From the IMG/VR virus record IMGVR_UViG_3300042997_000753: a DNA stretch of 64,000 nucleotides. One strand, written 5' to 3'. This DNA comes from an uncultured virus (IMG/VR IMGVR_UViG_3300042997_000753). Lineage: Duplodnaviria; Heunggongvirae; Uroviricota; Caudoviricetes. The notes beneath the pieces are model-generated. The model was not told the DNA's origin. It searched no databases and saw nothing but the letters and a program-made list of their open reading frames with translations. Shown here piece by piece: positions 1 through 7,555 of the stretch; positions within the stretch are counted from its first letter, which is position 1, and every line of letters begins with the position of its first letter. Both the position numbers and the translations under genes were made by a program.

Positions 1-2
1 AT

Positions 3-104
3 TTTGTAGTTGAGGAAATTCCAAAACCGTTGACTAAAGCTGAAAAGAGAGCAATGAAAAATGCTTTAATTGCACCGGCTGACACATCAAATGCTGAAAC
101 CTAA
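3..104 (+). CDS. 3' end of an upstream gene (partial, ...FVVEEIPKPLTKAEKRAMKNALIAPADTSNAET*)
   Basis: Open frame from the window edge to TAA 102-104, overlapping the next start. Confidence 0.6.
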   Translation, partial: FVVEEIPKPLTKAEKRAMKNALIAPADTSNAET

Positions 105-768
105 ACTTACCAAAAGAAAATTTTACAACAAGTGGTTGTATAAAATTACACTGTTTTGCCCGGGTGTGTCTTTGTATAGACTACTCGGGTACAATGAAAC
201 CATTAATTTTCTTACAAGTCCGGCAACATACACTAAAAGTGTGTTTTCTTCGCATCACAAAGCTCTAAAAAATAAAATATCTTTTTTAGAGCTTACTACA
301 TTTTTATCAAGTTTAAATCAGCAAGACTTTGCCAAACGCATTGAATCTAATACTATTGATTTGTATGCAAACGATGCAGATATATTTGATACAATATCAT
401 CAAAGTTTGAATCTATTATCGTAAATAGATACGCACCCACAGGAAATAATTTAGAACTGCTGGAAAATACTGATTTTATTCTAACAAAAAAATTACCTCA
501 TAACAAGTACAGATACAAAATTTATCTATTACCGCATAAATTGAAAGGTAATAGAGATTCAAAAAACAACTATCTTGCTTGGTTAGGTACCCAACAGAAT
601 AGAATTTTAATCTCAGAGTCTGTAAAATATTGGTTTCAAAATACAGACTGGTATTGGGACCGAAGATATATGTATGTTGAAGATGCAAACACCTTGTTGA
701 TGTTGAAAATGCGTGATTCACAGGTGTTGGGCAAGGTCTATGAATACATAGTAGTCGATAAATACTAG
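91..768 (+). CDS. hypothetical phage protein
   Basis: ORF 70..768; ATG at 91 preferred over TTG at 70. Confidence 0.7.
   Translation: MLKPKLTKRKFYNKWLYKITLFCPGVSLYRLLGYNETINFLTSPATYTKSVFSSHHKALKNKISFLELTTFLSSLNQQDFAKRIESNTIDLYANDADIFDTISSKFESIIVNRYAPTGNNLELLENTDFILTKKLPHNKYRYKIYLLPHKLKGNRDSKNNYLAWLGTQQNRILISESVKYWFQNTDWYWDRRYMYVEDANTLLMLKMRDSQVLGKVYEYIVVDKY
758..764 (+). promoter_or_regulatory. T4-type late promoter-like motif ATAAATA
   Basis: ATAAATA 4 nt before the ATG at 769; no Shine-Dalgarno. Confidence 0.5.
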
Positions 769-1146
769 ATGGCCACTGAAAGCATTATTTTATTATCGTC
801 AACTAGCACCGAAACCTGGGATGGTACTTCGGGAATTTCCTATGTATTCACTGATAAATTCAAAGGAGCAGGCTATCATCGAAAGAATGGTGGACTGCAT
901 ACAGTGATGTTTGAATTTAACAACTTCAAAGGATCAGTTAAACTACAGGGTTCTCTAGAACTTTATCCCGGAGACAGTGATTGGGTAGACGTTCTCTACG
1001 ACAATTCAGCAGAAAATCTAGAATCACTAGACAGTACCCCACTTGCAACCAATGAAATACGCAACTTCACCGGTAATTTTGTTTGGATTCGTCTAGGTTA
1101 TAGACTGATCGAAGGCACGATAACGCAAGTTCGTTATAATTACTAA
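769..1146 (+). CDS. hypothetical protein, possibly virion-associated (beta-rich)
   Basis: 125-aa ORF directly after a late-promoter motif. Confidence 0.65.
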   Translation: MATESIILLSSTSTETWDGTSGISYVFTDKFKGAGYHRKNGGLHTVMFEFNNFKGSVKLQGSLELYPGDSDWVDVLYDNSAENLESLDSTPLATNEIRNFTGNFVWIRLGYRLIEGTITQVRYNY

Positions 1147-1159
1147 AATTTCCAAAGCG

Positions 1160-1190
1160 ATAAATATAGTATTACCTCGAGGAATACTAT
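1160..1190 (+). promoter_or_regulatory. late promoter motif overlapping an RBS-sequestering hairpin
   Basis: ATAAATA at 1160-1166; ATAGTATT (1166-1173) pairs with AATACTAT (1183-1190), enclosing SD GAGGA and the start of the ATG. Confidence 0.55.
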
Positions 1191-1929
1191 GAGAGACCTT
1201 TTAGACAAATTATCTATACTAGAAAATTTAGAAGAATCTAATACACCAGAAATTGGAGATGAGTTCGGTATCAGTTTTAGTCCTGATTTTGAAATTTCTA
1301 CCCACGTAGTAGAAGTTTTAGAAGACGGTATTGTTGTTGAACTAGATGACACTGCCCTAGAAATGCTGACCAACGAAGGCGTACGATTTTTTGAAGGTGA
1401 ACTTGTAGAAGGTGTTGCTGGGCCTAAGAGCTGCTGGAAAGGTTATAGAAAGACTGGCACACAACCCGGTACTGGCAAGAACGCAGGCAAGCGTGTCAAC
1501 GACTGCGAAAAGATCAAAGAAGACGATGTAGAAGAAAGTGGTCTTCAATACTATACCGGAGTTAAGAAACACGGTAAAGAATACATGACCAAAGCCGCAG
1601 CCGCAGCTCGCGATGGTGCTAGCCAAAAAGAACTTGGCGCACTTAAAGACAAATACAGCAAAGCATACAAAGAAGATGCTGATGTAGACGAAGCCAAGTA
1701 TCAAGGTCGAGAAGTTCAGCTGGGCAAGAAGATGGCCGGTGATGTAAAGAAATCTAAAGTATATGTTAAAAATCCGCAGGGCAATGTTGTCAAAGTAAAC
1801 TTCGGCGATAAAAAAATGCGTATTAAGAAATCAAATCCAGCACGTAGAAAAAGTTTCCGTGCTAGACATAATTGTGCCAATCCGGGACCTAGACACAAGG
1901 CTAGATATTGGTCTTGCAGGAGCTGGTAA
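1189..1929 (+). CDS. putative internal head / ejected modular protein
   Basis: Acidic N-terminal part; modules separated by LEE/LVE/VEE/VDE; C-terminal basic module SFRARHNC...ARYWSC seen in T4-like phages. Confidence 0.6.
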   Translation: MRDLLDKLSILENLEESNTPEIGDEFGISFSPDFEISTHVVEVLEDGIVVELDDTALEMLTNEGVRFFEGELVEGVAGPKSCWKGYRKTGTQPGTGKNAGKRVNDCEKIKEDDVEESGLQYYTGVKKHGKEYMTKAAAAARDGASQKELGALKDKYSKAYKEDADVDEAKYQGREVQLGKKMAGDVKKSKVYVKNPQGNVVKVNFGDKKMRIKKSNPARRKSFRARHNCANPGPRHKARYWSCRSW

Positions 1930-2267
1930 TGTTATTAAGAGAAATGTTTAGTGCAATAGGAGCACCTACTTCAGAACAAGAAGACGTAGACTGGACCAAC
2001 GACTTAAAATTCTTTATCGATAATGACGATGCTGTGTTAAAAAATTACTTTTTCCCTGCTATAAATCGTCATAAAGAACATCGAGGCCATCCAGATGCGT
2101 ATAAAATTTATATGCGTCCTTTAGAATCTTGTAAAGAAGCATACTGTGAAAAGTTTGAAATTGAAAGCGCCGAAGACAAATTCCCTAAAGAAAAACTAAT
2201 AGAGTTGGCCAAGATGATAGCCACCGAACAAGAAAAGCATATGGAAAAAGGCGACTACGAACAATGA
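1929..2267 (+). CDS. hypothetical protein (late cluster)
   Basis: ATG overlaps the previous stop (TAATG). Confidence 0.7.
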   Translation: MLLREMFSAIGAPTSEQEDVDWTNDLKFFIDNDDAVLKNYFFPAINRHKEHRGHPDAYKIYMRPLESCKEAYCEKFEIESAEDKFPKEKLIELAKMIATEQEKHMEKGDYEQ

Positions 2268-3181
2268 GACTTCTAGAACTTTTTGAGCAATCGGGGAAGA
2301 CAGCGGCCGTTGCATTTGGAAGGATGAACCCTCCCACGATTGGGCATCAAAAAGTAGTTGATGCTATCTTGAAACAAAAGGCCGATGCTCATTTTCTATT
2401 TGTATCTCAAACTCATAAACCAACTGGCAAGAATAAAACAAGATTGGAAAACCCATTGCCCTTTGATATCAAACTGGGATTTATACAGCAGGCATTTCCC
2501 AATATTGACATTGGAGATACATCAGTGGGTACTGCAATTGGAATTCTTCAGAATTTAGAAAAACAGGGCTTTGAAAATGTTGTTTTTGTCTGCGGCTCAG
2601 ATCGTGTGCCGGCATTTACAGAATTGTTCAATAAACAAAACGGTGTTGATTACAATCTCAAATCAATCAAGATTGTATCCAGTGGTGCTAGAGATCCCGA
2701 TGCAGAAGGTGCAGAAGGCATGAGCGCAAGCAAGATGCGAGCTGCTGCTATTGTGAATGACTTCGAATTGTTTAAAACAGGGTTGCCAGCAGGACTACAA
2801 GGCGATGCTGATGAAGTATTTTCTGCTGTTCGTCAAGGACTTGAGCCGTGGCTTGAACAAGGTGTGTCGGAAGCATCGTTAGGCAATGTATTACCGTGGC
2901 CAGAAGTTGCTAACAAGATTGCTAGTGCAATGAGAGCAATGGGATGGAAGGCACAGCGTAAAGGTGACGATGCTTTTATGTTCAGTACCAAAGGGGCGGA
3001 AGACGAAAGTCAATATTACATGGTTATGATTGACAATGAGGGCGACGGTATGTTTACCTATGCACTAGGCACATGGGAAGGCGATCGCCCAGATATCGGT
3101 GAACAAGACACATTGCCAACAACAGCAGCCAGTGTAAGCGAAGTGTTAATGGCTATCCGTGATGGGTATGGGCTGGACTAA
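2264..3181 (+). CDS. cytidylyltransferase-like (HxGH/TxGH) nucleotidyltransferase with C-terminal extension
   Basis: FGRMNPPTIGH, GSDR and SASKMR motifs typical of T4-like phage cytidylyltransferases. Confidence 0.8.
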   Translation: MRLLELFEQSGKTAAVAFGRMNPPTIGHQKVVDAILKQKADAHFLFVSQTHKPTGKNKTRLENPLPFDIKLGFIQQAFPNIDIGDTSVGTAIGILQNLEKQGFENVVFVCGSDRVPAFTELFNKQNGVDYNLKSIKIVSSGARDPDAEGAEGMSASKMRAAAIVNDFELFKTGLPAGLQGDADEVFSAVRQGLEPWLEQGVSEASLGNVLPWPEVANKIASAMRAMGWKAQRKGDDAFMFSTKGAEDESQYYMVMIDNEGDGMFTYALGTWEGDRPDIGEQDTLPTTAASVSEVLMAIRDGYGLD

Positions 3182-3191
3182 AGGATCAAGT

Positions 3192-4505
3192 ATGAAAGCA
3201 AAAGAATTTATCATAGAACTTAAAAAAGAATCAAAGCCTAGAAACTTTGTGGCTAAAAATGCTTCGCTGGCTGGCAAAGCTGGACAACACAAAGACAAGA
3301 AGAAGGCCGAGAAGCAAGGCGACGTTAAACACAAAAAAGAAATTGCCACTATGGAATCTGCACTACATGAAGTTAGTCTAGGCGACTATCGTAAGAAAGC
3401 TGCAATGCAAAAAGCGCAGAGTCAAATGGGTGCAATGTTTAACAACGACCCTGAGAAACAAAAGCAAAACCTTGCCACTTTCAATAAAAGAGAACGAGGT
3501 TTAAATCGATTGAAGGCTCGCGACGAAGTTGCACGTAAGACCACTGCTGACAAACAGATGGCAGATAACATTGCCAAGCTGCCAGAATTGAAGGCAGAGT
3601 ATGAACGCATGAAGGCAGAGTATAAGTCACTAGGTGGAAGCAATTGGCAGTATGCTGATCGTGAACAGAATTTAACAGATCGCGAACGCGAAGCTCGTAG
3701 TATGGAAGGGCCAATGAATAATCTATGGCGCACTATTTCTGCAACAGAAAAAGCACAAAAAAGCCAAGGTGTGGCGGAAGGTGATGTGGTAGAAGATTCA
3801 ATTAGGCCTAATCTTGTAACAGCATTAAAAAAACTAGGATTTAAAGGACCATTTAAATTAGGACAGTTACCAGAGTGGATGAAAGAATTAGAAGACGGCA
3901 GATTTGATAAAGATACTACTATAATGATCGGCGGCGACGATCCTGAATACGATCCGTGGGTAGCAAAAGGCTACGATTACGGTTACGCATACGGAATGGA
4001 AAGTGGTTATCAAACAGGCCTTTCAGCTCAAGAAGTTTTTAAACAAGCACAGGCTGATACACAAAATAACGAAGGCGTAGAGGAAGGATTTGGTTCTAAA
4101 CTTGCAGGTCTAGGTCTTGCCGGGGCAATGGCATTAGGGGCAGGTGGAGCACAGGCTAGAGTTACTGGAGATCAAGATTCTAATATCAATCGCCTAACAG
4201 GTAAACCTATTGCCACACAACAAGCAACTGACAACGCTCCTGCAAAAGCAGAAGCACCAAAAGGATTTAGTAAAGAGTATCTACAGTCTGTAGTAGACGG
4301 CAAACATCCGAGACCCATGGTCAGTGTTGAAAAAGCACAACAATTATTAAAACAAATGGATACTAAAGTTGGTGAAGGAACTAAAATGCCATTTGCTGGC
4401 GCTAAGGTTGGACACAAGGAAGGACCAGAAGGTCAGTGGCGAAATGATGGGGCTAAGAAAAACAAACCAGTTAGACCAGGAGACCTTGTGGGCGGTGGAA
4501 TGTAA
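3192..4505 (+). CDS. putative internal head / ejected modular polyprotein
   Basis: MKAKEFIIE N-terminus; LHE, GVAEG, VVED, GVEEG and VGEG sites; SD AAGGA before ATG 3192. Confidence 0.6.
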   Translation: MKAKEFIIELKKESKPRNFVAKNASLAGKAGQHKDKKKAEKQGDVKHKKEIATMESALHEVSLGDYRKKAAMQKAQSQMGAMFNNDPEKQKQNLATFNKRERGLNRLKARDEVARKTTADKQMADNIAKLPELKAEYERMKAEYKSLGGSNWQYADREQNLTDREREARSMEGPMNNLWRTISATEKAQKSQGVAEGDVVEDSIRPNLVTALKKLGFKGPFKLGQLPEWMKELEDGRFDKDTTIMIGGDDPEYDPWVAKGYDYGYAYGMESGYQTGLSAQEVFKQAQADTQNNEGVEEGFGSKLAGLGLAGAMALGAGGAQARVTGDQDSNINRLTGKPIATQQATDNAPAKAEAPKGFSKEYLQSVVDGKHPRPMVSVEKAQQLLKQMDTKVGEGTKMPFAGAKVGHKEGPEGQWRNDGAKKNKPVRPGDLVGGGM

Positions 4506-4506
4506 T

Positions 4507-4707
4507 ATGGACGAGCTGGAACAGATTAAAAGATTAGCAGGCATTAATGAATTCAAAGGCTATCAACTCTACGACGGCAGCAATATAAGTATTACAGGCA
4601 ATGAAAAAGGTGAGCTGATGAAAAAACATAATATTAAACCAGGCACGCCAGAATGGTTTCAATTATGGTTTAGTTTACCGTACCTAACAGGAGAAAAATC
4701 ATTATGA
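4507..4707 (+). CDS. small hypothetical protein ([15 protein letters not shown]...)
   Basis: ATG 4507 just after the upstream stop; KxLAGI motif. Confidence 0.65.
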   Translation: MDELEQIKRLAGINEFKGYQLYDGSNISITGNEKGELMKKHNIKPGTPEWFQLWFSLPYLTGEKSL

Positions 4708-5063
4708 TTACAATTACAGAAAGTGCTCAATTTAAAATTACAGATCTTCTTAGCGAAGAAAACAACCCAAATCTCAAACTTCGTACGTTTGTTCAAGGTG
4801 GCGGGTGTAGTGGGATGAGCTACGGATTTACTCTTGACGAAGAACATAATGAAGACGATTTTGAAATTCCTGTAGGCAACTTCATAGTATTAGTCGATGC
4901 TATGAGTATGCAATATTTACAAGGTGCTAGTATAGATTATAAAGAAGACCTATCAGGCAGTCAGTTTGTAATAAAAAATCCCAATGCCGAAACAACCTGC
5001 GGTTGCGGTAGTAGTTTTAGTGTGTCAGATAATTACCAAGACGATTATCAATTTCACGAATGA
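4704..5063 (+). CDS. erpA: A-type iron-sulfur cluster carrier (ErpA/IscA/HesB family)
   Basis: GGGCSG and [14 protein letters not shown] motifs. Confidence 0.92.
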   Translation: MITITESAQFKITDLLSEENNPNLKLRTFVQGGGCSGMSYGFTLDEEHNEDDFEIPVGNFIVLVDAMSMQYLQGASIDYKEDLSGSQFVIKNPNAETTCGCGSSFSVSDNYQDDYQFHE

Positions 5064-5395
5064 GAGCTGTAGAATTTATAGTTGAAAGAAAGAAACGTAA
5101 GCGTAAACCTCGCTGGGCTGCTTACGGACCAGGCCCTTACGGCGGCTACGGATACTATGCTGGCTACAGTGGAGACAGTGGGTCTGGAGATGGCGGCGGC
5201 GGAGAAAGCATTGAGCACGAAAACTTTGCTGATGGACGTAATCCGCAGGACAAAGGCGACAGTAAACGTCACGGCATTAACACTAAAGCTAGTGTAAGCA
5301 GTTTACGTAAAACTGCTAAACAGGGCGGGCGCAAAGGACAACTAGCACACTGGCTAGCTAATATGAAAGCAGGCCGTGCTAAAAAAAATAAATAA
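5060..5395 (+). CDS. basic, Gly/Tyr-rich putative internal head protein
   Basis: MRAVEFIVE, then RKKRKRK, a YG-rich tract and an ENFADG module. Confidence 0.6.
   Translation: MRAVEFIVERKKRKRKPRWAAYGPGPYGGYGYYAGYSGDSGSGDGGGGESIEHENFADGRNPQDKGDSKRHGINTKASVSSLRKTAKQGGRKGQLAHWLANMKAGRAKKNK
5388..5394 (+). promoter_or_regulatory. late promoter-like ATAAATA
   Basis: 5 nt before ATG 5400; no SD. Confidence 0.45.
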
Positions 5396-5399
5396 GTGT

Positions 5400-5582
5400 A
5401 TGAAAATCAAAGAACTTTTAGAAACAGCTACAGCAGGTGCTACAAGTGCCGGTATGGGGGCTACTTTGATCAAAGGGGGTACTGGCTCTAATGTAGGTAC
5501 ACTATTTGGCGGCAGTTTTAAACAGAATAAAACCACTAAAAAGAAGTCTAAGACTTCCGACGAATCTATTATAAGAAGATAA
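5400..5582 (+). CDS. small putative internal head protein
   Basis: MKIKELLE-TATAGATSAG, Lys-rich tail. Confidence 0.6.
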   Translation: MKIKELLETATAGATSAGMGATLIKGGTGSNVGTLFGGSFKQNKTTKKKSKTSDESIIRR

Positions 5583-5585
5583 ATA
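5579..5585 (+). promoter_or_regulatory. late promoter-like ATAAATA
   Basis: 5 nt before ATG 5591; no SD. Confidence 0.45.
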
Positions 5586-5590
5586 TACTT

Positions 5591-5902
5591 ATGGACCTAG
5601 AAAAACAACCAGTCGACGATCACGAAGCCAAAATGGCCAGAGCTGAGCTTTATAAGCTCAATCAGTATTCTGCCAAATTGTTTAAACTGATCGGAGAAAA
5701 CGATGAATTAGATGGCTGGGTTCAATCAAAAATTACCAAAGCTGCTGATTATATCAGTTCTGTATATCATTATATGGAATATGAAAAAATGGCAGCTAGT
5801 CAAATCGAATCGGGACCTAGAGATTTTGAAGAATCTCTACAAAACGAAGTTAAACAAAGCCTCAAAGATCAGTGGCTGAACAGAAAAAATCAAGGAAACT
5901 AA
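5591..5902 (+). CDS. hypothetical protein (WVQSKITKAADY motif)
   Basis: 103-aa helical ORF in the late cluster. Confidence 0.7.
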   Translation: MDLEKQPVDDHEAKMARAELYKLNQYSAKLFKLIGENDELDGWVQSKITKAADYISSVYHYMEYEKMAASQIESGPRDFEESLQNEVKQSLKDQWLNRKNQGN

Positions 5903-5903
5903 A

Positions 5904-6842
5904 ATGGACTTTAAAGCAATACTAAGCAAACTTGACGGAATGGAAGCACCTCCGACAACTCCTGCAGCCCCTGTGTTAGACAAAGCTGTGCAACTCAACG
6001 AAGATGCACAACTTCGTGTTCTAGCTGGACAAACAACTTATGTTGCAGAAGCCAAGAAAAAGAAAGACGAAGAAGTTAAAGAAGAAAAATCGTCTACTGG
6101 CGGAACTATTGATCGTTCAAAGAAAGGCGTAACCAAACACACACAAAATCCCAATCGCTTCAGTGATGAACCACATTCAGAACCTGCTAGCAAGGCCAAA
6201 TCACAATCAGCTGCGGACAAAGAAAAAGACAAAGCAGCTGACAAAGCCGATGCCAAAGACAGCAAGGACTATGAAAAAGCACACGGCAAGGGTTCCGTGA
6301 CTCGTGTTAAAGATGGCAAGAAAGTAGAAAGCATTGAGCCACAATTCAAAAGCAAGTTCATGAAGATGGTAGAAGCCAAGAAAGAAGAAAGTGCTGCCGA
6401 CGCTAAGAAGAAAAAAGAAGATAAGAAAAAGAAAATGGCCAAGATCATGGACGAAGGTGCCAAGCCAGACTTTTTAGATCTTGACAAAGACGGTGACAAG
6501 AAAGAGCCAATGAAAAAAGCCGCTGGCGACAAAGGTGGTGACAAGAAAGACGGCAAGAAGGGAATGAGTGCTGCTCAAGAAAAATTCTTTGGAAAAAAGA
6601 AAACAGTTAAAGAATCAGTTGAATCTAATCTATCATTTAAAGAAATGATGGCACTGGTTGTTGAAAGTGGTGGCCAGCAACAGATCGATCCCGTAGACAA
6701 TCAATTGTGGGCTTGGGCACAACGTGTTGCTAAAACCAAGATTGGCGAAGGCATGAAGGCTGATGTTTATGCTGGCATGGTCTATGAGCGTATGGGCGGT
6801 GCATTTGAAATGTACGATGTGCTCAGCGAGCAACGTAGATAA
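5904..6842 (+). CDS. Lys/Asp/Glu-rich putative internal head or scaffold-like protein
   Basis: Highly charged; LNE/VAE/VKE/VVE sites; DLDKDGD motif; SD AAGGA. Confidence 0.6.
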   Translation: MDFKAILSKLDGMEAPPTTPAAPVLDKAVQLNEDAQLRVLAGQTTYVAEAKKKKDEEVKEEKSSTGGTIDRSKKGVTKHTQNPNRFSDEPHSEPASKAKSQSAADKEKDKAADKADAKDSKDYEKAHGKGSVTRVKDGKKVESIEPQFKSKFMKMVEAKKEESAADAKKKKEDKKKKMAKIMDEGAKPDFLDLDKDGDKKEPMKKAAGDKGGDKKDGKKGMSAAQEKFFGKKKTVKESVESNLSFKEMMALVVESGGQQQIDPVDNQLWAWAQRVAKTKIGEGMKADVYAGMVYERMGGAFEMYDVLSEQRR

Positions 6843-6860
6843 TACTTCCAATAAGTATCT

Positions 6861-6890
6861 AAAAGCCGGCAATTAGTTGACCGGCTTTTT
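6861..6890 (+). terminator. intrinsic terminator, possibly bidirectional
   Basis: AAAAGCCGG-CAA-TTAG-TTG-A-CCGGCTTTTT. Confidence 0.8.
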
Positions 6891-6905
6891 CTTTGACTAT
6901 ATAAT
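6877..6905 (+). promoter_or_regulatory. sigma70-type promoter for the replication operon
   Basis: TTGACC-17 bp-TATAAT; the -35 lies inside the terminator stem. Confidence 0.7.
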
Positions 6906-6924
6906 AGTTCTATAGGAGAGAATT

Positions 6925-7188
6925 ATGTCTACAAGAATGTACGGTCCCGAAGAGAAAGCCAAACTAGAACGTTTGATCAGTGAAGGTTCTAATGTGCTTC
7001 GTGAACTAGAAGATCTGCAAGAAGGTCTCAAAGAAACTGTCAAAGCTGTTGCAGAAGAATTACAAATCAAACCATCAGTTATTAACAAAGCAATTCGAAT
7101 TGCACACAAAGACAACTGGAAAGATCACGAGCAAGAATGGAACGATATTGAGATGATACTCGGTGTTACTAAACGACTGCCAGAATGA
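6925..7188 (+). CDS. T4 DsbA-like double-stranded DNA-binding protein
   Basis: 87-aa helical protein, LKETVKAVAEELQIKPSVINKAIRIAHK pattern; SD AGGAG; first gene of the replication operon. Confidence 0.55.
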   Translation: MSTRMYGPEEKAKLERLISEGSNVLRELEDLQEGLKETVKAVAEELQIKPSVINKAIRIAHKDNWKDHEQEWNDIEMILGVTKRLPE

Positions 7189-7478
7189 TTGACACAATAT
7201 TCAGCCCAACTATACAATGGATTAAAGATGACTTTAAGTCTAACCCAATTCGTTTTGTTGTTGAGCTGTTTGCTTGGGCTATTAGTATTGGTTGCAGTAT
7301 TACTATGGCAGTCACAGTCCCCACTCCGCCGCTTCTTACTCTTTATCCCATTTGGATTCTTGGTTGTGCTATGTACGGTTGGGCTGCTTGGACTAGGAAA
7401 TCTTTTGGTATGCTGGCTAACTATTGTTTGCTAACCGCAATCGATACCGTTGGTCTCGTTAGAATGATAATTAATTAA
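7185..7478 (+). CDS. small membrane protein
   Basis: About three hydrophobic segments; ATGA overlap. Confidence 0.7.
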   Translation: MIDTIFSPTIQWIKDDFKSNPIRFVVELFAWAISIGCSITMAVTVPTPPLLTLYPIWILGCAMYGWAAWTRKSFGMLANYCLLTAIDTVGLVRMIIN

Positions 7479-7491
7479 ATAAACAGTAGAT

Positions 7492-7549
7492 GGTAAGCTG
7501 GGCCATAAACCGCACATTCGGTATTTGTCTGCCACAAAAGACATAGGAG
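7492..7549 (+). promoter_or_regulatory. tandem hairpins with GCCAYAAA loops abutting the polymerase SD (candidate translational operator)
   Basis: GCTGG-GCCATAAA-CCGC and TGTCT-GCCACAAA-AGACA, then TAGGAG. Confidence 0.55.
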
Positions 7550-7555
7550 AAAAAT

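Noticed and set aside
7479..7555. preQ1 riboswitch
   Set aside because: No recognisable preQ1-I consensus, and it precedes polB rather than a que gene
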